A stretch of 27,516 nucleotides of DNA, from the IMG/VR virus record IMGVR_UViG_3300027815_000126, positions 1 to 27,516 of that record. One strand, 5' to 3'. The notes below the pieces were generated by a model, which saw nothing but the letters and a program-made list of their open reading frames with translations, was not told the DNA's origin and searched no databases. Made by a program: the position numbers and the translations under genes. This stretch comes from a virus. Its lineage: Duplodnaviria; Caudoviricetes. This document shows positions 1-7,418 of the stretch, piece after piece; position 1 is the first letter of the stretch, and each line of letters opens with the position of its first letter.

Positions 1-71
1 TGACGCCCAGCACCGCGGTTCATGACGTGGTAGAAAGCGTTGGGGTACTCTATTCGAAGAGGCCTGGACAT
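1..71 (-). CDS. REP-associated tyrosine transposase (RAYT, Y1/IS200-like HUH), N-terminus only, runs off the window edge
   Basis: Manual translation from ATG at 71 gives MSRPLRIEYPNAFYHVMNRGAGR, the typical RAYT start (RPLRIEYPxAxYHVxxRG). Not in the ORF track. Confidence 0.85.
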   Translation of the reverse strand, partial: MSRPLRIEYPNAFYHVMNRGAGR

Positions 72-207
72 GGGAACAAGTTAGCAGAGAAGTGACATGC
101 AGTCAAGAAAAGATTTGACCCCTTATATACTATTCGAAGAGGCCTGGACATGGGAACAAGTTAGCAGAGAAGTGACATGCAGTCAAGAAAAGATTTGACC
201 CCTTATA
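50..207. repeat. Exact 78-bp direct repeat x2 (50-127 and 130-207, period 80) containing the RAYT start and a REP-like hairpin
   Basis: ctattcgaagaggcctggacatgg...agatttgaccccttata occurs twice. Each copy has GTCAA-N8-TTGAC followed by CCC. Confidence 0.95.
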
Positions 208-232
208 CTTATACTTATATTCTTATACTTAT
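202..232. repeat. CTTATA microrepeat tract next to the REP-like end
   Basis: cttata cttata cttata tt cttata cttat. Confidence 0.85.
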
Positions 233-596
233 CTAAAATATGACGGCTTCTTTTGTCCGCGAAATTGCTCCAATAAGCGTTTTGGGTATTGCCACTCGGG
301 ATCAAGATCAATTGCCCTGAGAAGATTATTTTCTATCGTTTTGTTATAGGCCGGATCTTTGAATTGACTCATCATACCGTATGCTTGGCTGGCTAAGTGT
401 AGAGCCAATACTTTTGGGTCTTGGGACTCATTACCAGATTTTGTTAATAGCTCACCGATACAACTCACTGCCTTTTGGTATTGACCATTTTCAAGACTCC
501 TTTTTCCTTCTTGAAGCAAGTCAACCTCAGTGTTAAGTGCTTGCGCACTAATTACCATCGTAAAAAAGAAAAAAACGATAAAACGGCAGACTTCAT
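229..596 (-). pseudogene. Secreted TPR-like helical protein, apparently frameshifted by 1 nt in a T7-C-T6 tract within the signal peptide
   Basis: ATG at 596 overlaps the upstream stop (ATGA). Adding one T at 569-575 gives MKSAVLSFFFFFTMVISAQA|LNTE..., in frame with the TPR-like body (LLQEGKRSLENGQYQKAV; LLRAIDLDPEWQYPKRLLEQ). Confidence 0.6.
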
Positions 597-1003
597 TGAG
601 TTTTTCCAATTTTTTTGTTAAACAGGTAAAGCAATAAAACGGGTGCATAAAGAATCAGCGCAACGCTAAGAAATTGGCCCATATTATATAAAAAAGAGTG
701 TTCCGGGGAACGATCGGCCGCCGACGTAAAAGCTCCTATTACAAAAATAATGCTCAGTCCTGCATAGAATAAAGCAGCTAACGTTAGTTTCTTTGTCCTG
801 TTTCTCGCTCGTAAAAAGCTGACAGTAAAAATAATGAGGCCGTAGGAAATCAAAAAAATCTCAATAAAAATCCCGCGAGCATTTTTTTCACCCGGTATCG
901 ACGGAACCATATGATATGTCCAGTCGTGAATGATAACACCGAGAAAGATGTAAATCAACGAAATGGCGTATGATGCGTTGAGATATATTTTTTCTCTATT
1001 CAT
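593..1003 (-). CDS. Four-TM membrane protein, candidate immunity protein
   Basis: 136 aa with four hydrophobic segments, AT-rich, starts 2 nt after the toxin-like ORF stop. The immunity role is inferred from position only. Confidence 0.65.
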   Translation of the reverse strand: MNREKIYLNASYAISLIYIFLGVIIHDWTYHMVPSIPGEKNARGIFIEIFLISYGLIIFTVSFLRARNRTKKLTLAALFYAGLSIIFVIGAFTSAADRSPEHSFLYNMGQFLSVALILYAPVLLLYLFNKKIGKTQ

Positions 1004-1005
1004 GA

Positions 1006-3774
1006 CTAATCAGTATAACCTAAAAGTTTAAGTCGTCTATAAACATCGTTTGGAGAGTATTGATGTTGGGCATCCGTTTCCGTCAATTCAAATAAAGGAT
1101 GTCCGCTATCTTTATACAACTCTACAATCAAACTACTACAAATATTTCCCCCAGAAGTCAGCCCAATTAAATTGAAGGTGTTATATGGCATCTCGATGAC
1201 TTCATTAGTCATTGTCCAATTGCCATTTTCGTCCCGATTCCAATAAAAGAAATTACGCTCAATAGCTTGTTTAAGATCTTGGTTGACACCAGCCTCATCT
1301 AAACCGCCAATATTAATATCCGCGCCCTCTGATTGATATTGCGCGATCCAGTCATCAAGCTTGACTATACGAAGGCCTTGCCAAAACATCGGACCCTTTT
1401 CTTCAAAAACCCATTTTTGCCCACCATTATCTTCGTATAGAGTTGCAGTATGATTAATCGGTCCCATTGAAATTGTTTTTATCATAGCTGCTGCTGGAGT
1501 TTTGCCTCTCACAGAAATAACTGTGCCACTTTTTGCAACAGTCCTGAGAACTTCGGCGTTATTATTTAAGTGCTGTGATATTTCAGCATTAGTTCTGAAT
1601 CCAAATCCCTGAAACGCATTTAAAATGCGTTCCGCAGCCTCTGGCGACTTTAATGCCTCGATCCAATTTTCCGGTACTGTTGAATCGTTGGCTTCCCATC
1701 TCAAAGATGTTGTAAATTGACCATTATCGTCAAGGGTCTGACTCATTGAGAAATTATTCAAATTGTTAATGTCTAGCCCCTGCTGATTCATCCATGTCAA
1801 ATCAGTGTCACCCATAAATCGGAATCCATATTGGCCAGATGAGACAACACCGTTTTTAATTGAGAAATTAAAATCACCTTTCATATTTTCTATATCAGCA
1901 TCTCTGTAATTTCCAAACTCATCAAATGTTACCCCAAGCTTCCCTTTGATCGGCTTCACGGTCAAGTCGACCACGTCTTGACCGGATAGAGGATCGACGG
2001 AATAATGAACGTCTTTGATATTCCAGCCGTTTTCGATATAGGTTTTAGACTGAAGTCTTTCATTTTCATCGTAGACCGAAACAGTGCCGTTTTTGAGGCC
2101 CAGGTGCCCTGCTTCGTCTTTACCAAAGGTTCCGCGAAGAATTGTATTCCCCATTTTCACTTCAACAAGATTCTTATAGTCCGCTGTATAGATCTGGTAG
2201 TCCCCATTGGCAAGCAAAACCTTCTTGTATGTGGTTCCATCCTGCTGAACCGTTTGAGGTTTGTTACCCTGAATCTGATCTTGGATAAACGCTCCTACCG
2301 TCTGGAATGACTTGAGGATTGAGCTGATCGAATCTTCTGTTAACACCTGGGTCGCCGAATCCTCAATCGCCTGCGCGAGCCCCTTTTGCTGTACGATATC
2401 TGAAAAATTAATCACTCTTTGAAGATACTGTGTCTGACTCCATGAGTCGGTGCCCGAGACACCAAGTCTTGCTACGTTAAGCGCTGATTGCGAAAAAGCT
2501 CTGAAAATACCATCAAAGATATTGCCACCCAAAACTCCTTCAATTGCTCCCGTTATTGCCCTTGAAGTTAGAGATCCGAGAAGTGGGTCAACACCTTGAG
2601 TGGCATACTCAATACCGAGAGAAGTAGCGCCGCGTATCAAACCATCATTGATTGAATTTATGATCTGCGTGCCTGTGGTTACTCCTTGCCCAAAGATGGT
2701 TCCAATACCCGCGCTGATCGGCGACCCGATGAGGGACGAGAGGCGGGGATCTACGCCGAGTGAGATACCGAGTTTTTGAACTCCAAACTGAGCGAGCGAA
2801 CCAATCAGATCCGGCCTAATTTCGCTGAACGCCAGCTCAAGATTGGATCCGGGATTTGTTATAAGGTGCCCTTGAATCGCTCCGAGAGACAAACCAATGA
2901 TATTGGTGAAACTGGGATCAAGTCCAAGCTCCGTTCCTAAACGCCCCACATTATTAAGAACAACGGCTGATTGAACGGATGCTTGGATATTCTGGGCTTG
3001 GCTAACGGCGACGTGTCCGCCAGCCATCGTTTCAGGTTTAAGACCGCCAATGATTGCTCCTGCGGCCAATGAGCCGAGAAAGTTGGAGATTTGGGGCGAA
3101 ACGCCCAAACTTTCTAGTCCCCGGGAAACCCCAATATTGAGGCCGGTCGAAAGCGCCGTATTGACGATCTGTGCGCCGATGGTCGTGTGCGCCGCGGCCG
3201 CCGCTCCCTGAAGCGCAGGTCCAATGCCCGGCAAGAACCCAATAGCGCTATTAAAAAATCCGACAACCCCACTGTAGACGGTGTTAAGGGCTTGCCCCAT
3301 CGTTCGGAACATATCGCCAACAGGTCCCAAAGTCTTAAGGACCCCGTCAAAAGCCGTTTTAAATGCACCTACGATGCTATTAAAGCCGAGAGTGACGATA
3401 TTGCCTATGGCCGTGACAAAATCCCCTTCTATGGCCGCTACGGCTGTGGAAATGACCGTAAGTATCCATCCGATCTGCTGAAGCCCAGGAATCGGAATCC
3501 AGCTTAAAACCGATCCAATGAGACTTAGGATGCTCCCCCAGAACGCGCCTCTTATCTGCTGGGTTTGGCTAGCTGTAAGTATTTGTGTCTGAGATCCTAC
3601 GCGCGCTTTGGCCGCATTCACTAAGGTAGAATCAGCGGTAACATTCCCCTTCCACGCCTTCATAAAACCGTCTTTTGTGACGGTTAACGTTTCGTCGTGC
3701 TTGTCCGCCCCGATGCCTGGGTCTATATAGGTAATGGTATCTTGAGTTATCCCTGTGATTACAACATAGTGGTA
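1006..3774 (-). CDS. 5'-truncated polymorphic toxin-like protein: C39 peptidase C-half, GG-type cleavage motif, hydrophobic Gly-rich region, C-terminal permuted papain-like (YiiX/YaeF-type) domain
   Basis: The frame is open upstream of ATG 3663 to a TAA at 3775-3777, giving YHYVVITGITQDTITYIDPGIG...VTKDGFMKAWKGNV (C39 H...DP..G...F...W.G pattern). The C-terminus has NHTA (His, 1450-1452), PYN, ICSSLIVELYKDSG (Cys, 1138-1140) and YSPND. Confidence 0.75.
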   Translation of the reverse strand, partial: YHYVVITGITQDTITYIDPGIGADKHDETLTVTKDGFMKAWKGNVTADSTLVNAAKARVGSQTQILTASQTQQIRGAFWGSILSLIGSVLSWIPIPGLQQIGWILTVISTAVAAIEGDFVTAIGNIVTLGFNSIVGAFKTAFDGVLKTLGPVGDMFRTMGQALNTVYSGVVGFFNSAIGFLPGIGPALQGAAAAAHTTIGAQIVNTALSTGLNIGVSRGLESLGVSPQISNFLGSLAAGAIIGGLKPETMAGGHVAVSQAQNIQASVQSAVVLNNVGRLGTELGLDPSFTNIIGLSLGAIQGHLITNPGSNLELAFSEIRPDLIGSLAQFGVQKLGISLGVDPRLSSLIGSPISAGIGTIFGQGVTTGTQIINSINDGLIRGATSLGIEYATQGVDPLLGSLTSRAITGAIEGVLGGNIFDGIFRAFSQSALNVARLGVSGTDSWSQTQYLQRVINFSDIVQQKGLAQAIEDSATQVLTEDSISSILKSFQTVGAFIQDQIQGNKPQTVQQDGTTYKKVLLANGDYQIYTADYKNLVEVKMGNTILRGTFGKDEAGHLGLKNGTVSVYDENERLQSKTYIENGWNIKDVHYSVDPLSGQDVVDLTVKPIKGKLGVTFDEFGNYRDADIENMKGDFNFSIKNGVVSSGQYGFRFMGDTDLTWMNQQGLDINNLNNFSMSQTLDDNGQFTTSLRWEANDSTVPENWIEALKSPEAAERILNAFQGFGFRTNAEISQHLNNNAEVLRTVAKSGTVISVRGKTPAAAMIKTISMGPINHTATLYEDNGGQKWVFEEKGPMFWQGLRIVKLDDWIAQYQSEGADINIGGLDEAGVNQDLKQAIERNFFYWNRDENGNWTMTNEVIEMPYNTFNLIGLTSGGNICSSLIVELYKDSGHPLFELTETDAQHQYSPNDVYRRLKLLGYTD

Positions 3775-3784
3775 TTAATCACAG
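3753..3784. other. Putative tyrosine recombinase core/att site (13-bp arms, 6-bp spacer)
   Basis: Minus strand CTGTGATTAATAC-CACTAT-GTTGTAATCACAG. The arms are inverted repeats at 11/13 positions (outer 9 perfect). It lies 42 bp past the recombinase stop, exactly where the toxin frame is truncated. Confidence 0.7.
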
Positions 3785-3826
3785 AGTAAAGCGATAATGG
3801 TTGCCAGAAACGGCACCGGAAGGGGA

Positions 3827-4720
3827 TTATTCGGCGGCGAGTTCGCGGGGATGGTACTTTTTGACTGCCTTCTTCAAATCCTCGGGATTAAGGCGCGTGT
3901 AAACCGTGGTTGTCGTAATGCGGTCATGCCCAAGAAGCCTTTGAAGATGAACAATCGAGGCCCCTTTTCGAAGCATATGAAGCGCAAAAGCGTGCCTCAA
4001 CGTGTGCGGCGTGCTTGTTCTATTCTCGGGATCCCGGTAGCGATTCATTGTGTAACGAAGCATGTGCTGGCTTATCGGATTGCCCCGATCCGTTAAAAAC
4101 AAATAATGGGTCGGCTTTTTTTGCAAGGTTGGCCGGACTTTGGTCAAATACACTTCAATGGCCTCCCTTGCCTTACGCCCAAACGGCACGATCCGGCCCT
4201 TCCCGCCCTTACCCTCCCGGACAGTCGCAACCCTTTGAGCCAGGTCGACATCCTCGAGCTTCAAATCCCTCAATTCTTGATTGCGCAGACCCGCCGAATA
4301 AAAAAGCTCGAAGATCGCCCTGTCCCTTATTCCATAAGCCGTACACAGACGCGGCTTGCCGAGAAATTCGTCGACTTCCTTTTCGTTCGGCACCACCTTT
4401 GGCAATTTCCCGGGCGTTTTTATTCCTTCAATCGCGGCCGCGGGGTTATAACAAATAAGGAGCTCCCTTTCGAGATAGCGGTAAAAACACCGGATTGTTG
4501 AGAAGCGGTGATAATAAGTATGGTCGCTGATGGTGGGCTTTATTTTTTCAAGATACGCTTCGATATCAACCGGATCCACCTTGAGGATTTCCTTTTTCTG
4601 CTCTTTCAGAAACCGCACAAAAAGATCAAGGTCCTTCCCTATCGTCTTGAGGCTTGTCGGTCTATGACCCCGATTAAACAGATACGTCAAATAATCTTGA
4701 ATTTCTTTGGTCTTTGTCAT
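3827..4720 (-). CDS. XerC/XerD-like tyrosine recombinase
   Basis: RDRAIFELFYSAGLRNQEL, GKGGKGRIVP, HTLRHAFALH, LLGHDRITTTTVYT: complete R-K-H-R-H-Y set. Confidence 0.95.
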   Translation of the reverse strand: MTKTKEIQDYLTYLFNRGHRPTSLKTIGKDLDLFVRFLKEQKKEILKVDPVDIEAYLEKIKPTISDHTYYHRFSTIRCFYRYLERELLICYNPAAAIEGIKTPGKLPKVVPNEKEVDEFLGKPRLCTAYGIRDRAIFELFYSAGLRNQELRDLKLEDVDLAQRVATVREGKGGKGRIVPFGRKAREAIEVYLTKVRPTLQKKPTHYLFLTDRGNPISQHMLRYTMNRYRDPENRTSTPHTLRHAFALHMLRKGASIVHLQRLLGHDRITTTTVYTRLNPEDLKKAVKKYHPRELAAE

Positions 4721-5040
4721 GCGGCGCTCTCCCGCGACGGCGTTTTAATGCTTTTTATGGGCACGGCCGGGTTCTTTGAAATGAGTCCCTCTTTTTCCAA
4801 GTATCTATACAACCCGCGGATCCTTCCAAAGCAATTGTAAAAAGACCAAGCACTTAAAACCGGCTTTCGTTTTTTGAGATACGCCTCGACATCCTCGGTG
4901 TCCGCTTCCAATAAATCCTTTTTTCGTTCCCTTAAAAGAAACTCGGCAAAAAGTCCAAGCTCTTTCCTGTAAGTATCGACGCTCCGCGGCCGAGCGCCGC
5001 CCTTCGATAAAGACTCTAAATAATTCCAGAGCGCCTTCAT
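4717..5040 (-). CDS. Stand-alone integrase N-terminal core-binding (SAM-like) domain, no catalytic domain
   Basis: Aligns by eye over its whole length with the N-terminal ~100 aa of 3827-4720 (EAYL.K.KP..S, IR..YRYLE.E.LI..NPA..I..IKTP). ATGA overlaps at both ends. Confidence 0.85.
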   Translation of the reverse strand: MKALWNYLESLSKGGARPRSVDTYRKELGLFAEFLLRERKKDLLEADTEDVEAYLKKRKPVLSAWSFYNCFGRIRGLYRYLEKEGLISKNPAVPIKSIKTPSRESAA

Positions 5041-6083
5041 TTAGACACCTGCTCGCGGGGATGCGTTTTATCGTGGATTTCCTTTAAGTCGTCGATCACA
5101 AGCCTTGTATAGATGACCGTCGTTTCAATCGAATCGTGGCCCAAAAGATCCTGAATGAAGCGGATATCGCAACCCCTTTTAAGCATGTGCGTCGCACAAC
5201 TGTGCCTCATCGAATGACAGACAATCTTTTTCGTGATGCCGCACCTTTTGGCGTAAAATTTAACGATCCGGTTCGGATCGATGATCAGAAGTTTTCTGCC
5301 GTTGCGCGAAAGAAACAAGTACCCCTCGTCATTGCTTTTTTGAAGTGCCGGCCTTATGTTTTCGATGTAAGTTTTAAGCCACTCCAAGGCCACCTTGCCT
5401 ACTGGGAGAAGTCTTTCTCTTTTACCCATACGCCCTTTACCGTAGCGGATTCGGACTTCTTCTTTTTCGATATCAAGATCCCTGATGTTTATATTCAAAA
5501 GCTCTTCTGCTCTTACCGCCGTCGAATACAGAAACTCAAGCATTGCGCGGTTTCGCACCTCAATCGGATTTGCCCCTTTAACGGAATCAAGAAGCTTAAA
5601 CATTTCTTCTTCGCTCAAGACTTCGCGCAGACGGCTGTTTCGGACAACCGGAATGTCGATATTGGCGGCGGGGTTATAAGGAAGAAGTTCCGTCTTCGAT
5701 AAAAATTTGTAGAAGCTTTTCAGAACGACGATCCTGCCGACCTTGGATTCCTGACTAAGAGGCTTTCCGTCTTTTATCCGGGTCGTGGAATAGACAGAAT
5801 TCTCATATTCCAAAATATCCTTTTTTGTCACATCGTCCAGATACTCAAGGCCTCTTGATCCGCGAAGAAACGTAAAAAGGTGCTTTAGCTCCGCCCGGTA
5901 TTTAACAAGCGTTCTTTCCGAATAATTCCGCACCTTCATGTACGAAATAAAACGGTTCGACATCTCCTCAAAGCCGAGATTTTCCTCCACCACAACCGGG
6001 CGCTCGATCCTTTGGCGCGGAGCGTTTGGCGTAACCGGCACGTATGGATACGATGTCTTTAAAGCGGGTAATGCATTAGACAT
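5037..6083 (-). CDS. XerC/XerD-like tyrosine recombinase
   Basis: RNRAMLEFLYSTAVRAEEL, GKG, HSMRHSCATH, LLGHDSIETTVIYT. AGGAGG RBS upstream. Confidence 0.95.
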   Translation of the reverse strand: MSNALPALKTSYPYVPVTPNAPRQRIERPVVVEENLGFEEMSNRFISYMKVRNYSERTLVKYRAELKHLFTFLRGSRGLEYLDDVTKKDILEYENSVYSTTRIKDGKPLSQESKVGRIVVLKSFYKFLSKTELLPYNPAANIDIPVVRNSRLREVLSEEEMFKLLDSVKGANPIEVRNRAMLEFLYSTAVRAEELLNINIRDLDIEKEEVRIRYGKGRMGKRERLLPVGKVALEWLKTYIENIRPALQKSNDEGYLFLSRNGRKLLIIDPNRIVKFYAKRCGITKKIVCHSMRHSCATHMLKRGCDIRFIQDLLGHDSIETTVIYTRLVIDDLKEIHDKTHPREQVSK

Positions 6084-6241
6084 TCAGCACCAGCCTCCTA
6101 AAAATCGTTACCATTTGGTATCCTTTTTAAACAAAAAAATTGCGGTCTTTACGAACGAGGGGATGGTACCTCTGCCGTTTGTAAGATTCAAGGGCTATAT
6201 ATATAAAGGAAGCGCGACTCAATTTGACCCCGTTAAGAGAG

Positions 6242-6745
6242 CTATAAACTAGCTTTTATTTGGCCGACGATCTTTTTCGTGTCGGTGCTTTGTTTTGATT
6301 TAAGCGCATCGTGAAGCACTTGGGAATCAACTGCGCGGGCTTCCTTGATCGCGGCCACGGTCTGCTTCATGGCATTTTTATATTGAGCGTATTTTTTAAA
6401 TAGAAATCCGATTGTCGCGCCCGGCGCTATGATCAGCGCTAGAACGATCAAAGCAAAAATCCAGAAACTTAAACCGCCGATAAAATTCCCGATCCTTTCA
6501 ATGAAGCCGACCTTTTTCGGTGTCGTATCAAGCCCGACCGATAGCCTCTTTTCGGTACGCTGGACGACAACCGCGCTGTCGCCGGTAGTCTTTATTACCG
6601 TGGGCTCGGTCACAACCTCTTCGTTCCAATTGTAAACCGTTCGGGGCTTCTCGGGCGCAGTGAGCGACGGAAACCTCGGTGTCACTGAAGCGCATCCGGC
6701 TAAAAGAAAAACCCAAGCACTAAATAGTAGATATCGCATTTTCAT
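6242..6745 (-). CDS. Lipoprotein with downstream TM helix, unimolecular-spanin-like topology
   Basis: Start reassigned to 6745 (AAAGGAG RBS). MKMRYLLFSAWVFLLAGC lipobox, then ~75 polar aa, then TM FWIFALIVLALIIAPGATIGFLF and a basic tail. Confidence 0.55.
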   Translation of the reverse strand: MKMRYLLFSAWVFLLAGCASVTPRFPSLTAPEKPRTVYNWNEEVVTEPTVIKTTGDSAVVVQRTEKRLSVGLDTTPKKVGFIERIGNFIGGLSFWIFALIVLALIIAPGATIGFLFKKYAQYKNAMKQTVAAIKEARAVDSQVLHDALKSKQSTDTKKIVGQIKASL

Positions 6746-6902
6746 GAGCCCGTCTCCTTTCGCCTTTGTTTGGGGTGAAATTCTTGTTGGGCGATTTTTG
6801 ATAAACCTCAATCTTTGCAACCGGGCAATGATTGACCGGCTTTAAAGCCGCACAACCGCACAAACTAAATAAACAAAGACCTGCAATGATCCATTTTTTC
6901 AT
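6720..6902 (-). CDS. Small lipoprotein (lysis-region, o-spanin-like?)
   Basis: MKKWIIAGLCLFSLCGC signal/lipobox. ATGA overlap with the upstream gene. Confidence 0.55.
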   Translation of the reverse strand: MKKWIIAGLCLFSLCGCAALKPVNHCPVAKIEVYQKSPNKNFTPNKGERRRAHENAISTI

Positions 6903-7231
6903 GTCATGCTCCTCCCTAACAGTTTGTCGAGCTTTTCATTTGTGGTTTCAAGCTTCTGGTCAATTTTGGCGATGTCTTTTGACAAGCCCTTAAAAGTCTC
7001 CTCAAGCCTTGTGATTCGTTCAATGTTTGAAACCTGCGCGGCATCGACCGTATTCAGCCTTGTCGTAATTCCTGTCACCCAAAAGAAAGCTCCTGTAACT
7101 AAAACGCCCGTCACTGTCGCAAGAAGCCACCATAAAATTTTGATGGATTCCCCGTTGCTTTGTTTTTTTCGATTTAAAGTTGCGTCTGAATCCGCTGTAC
7201 AGTCCTTCATTTCATGCCTCTTGGGTAACAA
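6899..7231 (-). CDS. Single-TM plus coiled-coil protein (holin/XhlA-like)
   Basis: TM ILWWLLATVTGVLVTGAFFWV, then heptads ITRLEETFKGLSKDIAKIDQKLE. Position after tail genes. Exact start uncertain. Confidence 0.55.
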   Translation of the reverse strand: MLPKRHEMKDCTADSDATLNRKKQSNGESIKILWWLLATVTGVLVTGAFFWVTGITTRLNTVDAAQVSNIERITRLEETFKGLSKDIAKIDQKLETTNEKLDKLLGRSMT

Positions 7232-7406
7232 TTTCTAAAATGATCTGGTTTACTTCATCGAGCTCCTTTTCGAGTACGCCCTTTCGTACTTTTAAAGCAG
7301 CAATGTCCACTCTCTGCGTGACCGTTGATTCGCGGGTGTAAACGATCACCTCCCTCGTCCTTCCGTCAACCTCGGCGGTAAATGTTTCTCCTGTCGGCTT
7401 AAGCAT
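7212..7406 (-). CDS. Small phage hypothetical protein
   Basis: 64 aa, AAGGGGG RBS, fills the operon gap, C-terminal coiled coil. Confidence 0.6.
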   Translation of the reverse strand: MLKPTGETFTAEVDGRTREVIVYTRESTVTQRVDIAALKVRKGVLEKELDEVNQIILEIVTQEA

Positions 7407-7418
7407 AAAACCCCCCTT

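Noticed and set aside
50-207. Possible CRISPR array
   Set aside because: Two adjacent identical 78-bp copies with no unique spacers and no cas genes.
1006-3663. 885-aa ORF as a second tape measure protein or a complete gene starting at ATG 3663
   Set aside because: A proper TMP exists at 13246-15063. This frame extends upstream through a C39-like motif, has no clear RBS at 3663 and ends in an enzyme-like domain.
3827-6083. Housekeeping chromosomal xerC/xerD, or a canonical RIT element
   Set aside because: The genes are coupled in tandem at a prophage end beside their own candidate site, and the middle gene lacks a catalytic domain.
6222-6231. ATTTGACCCC, identical to the REP-like end at 113-122 and 193-202, between the lysis genes and the recombinases
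   Set aside because: Only 10 bp and lacking the GTCAA partner arm, so compatible with chance. Worth rechecking only if reads show junctions here.
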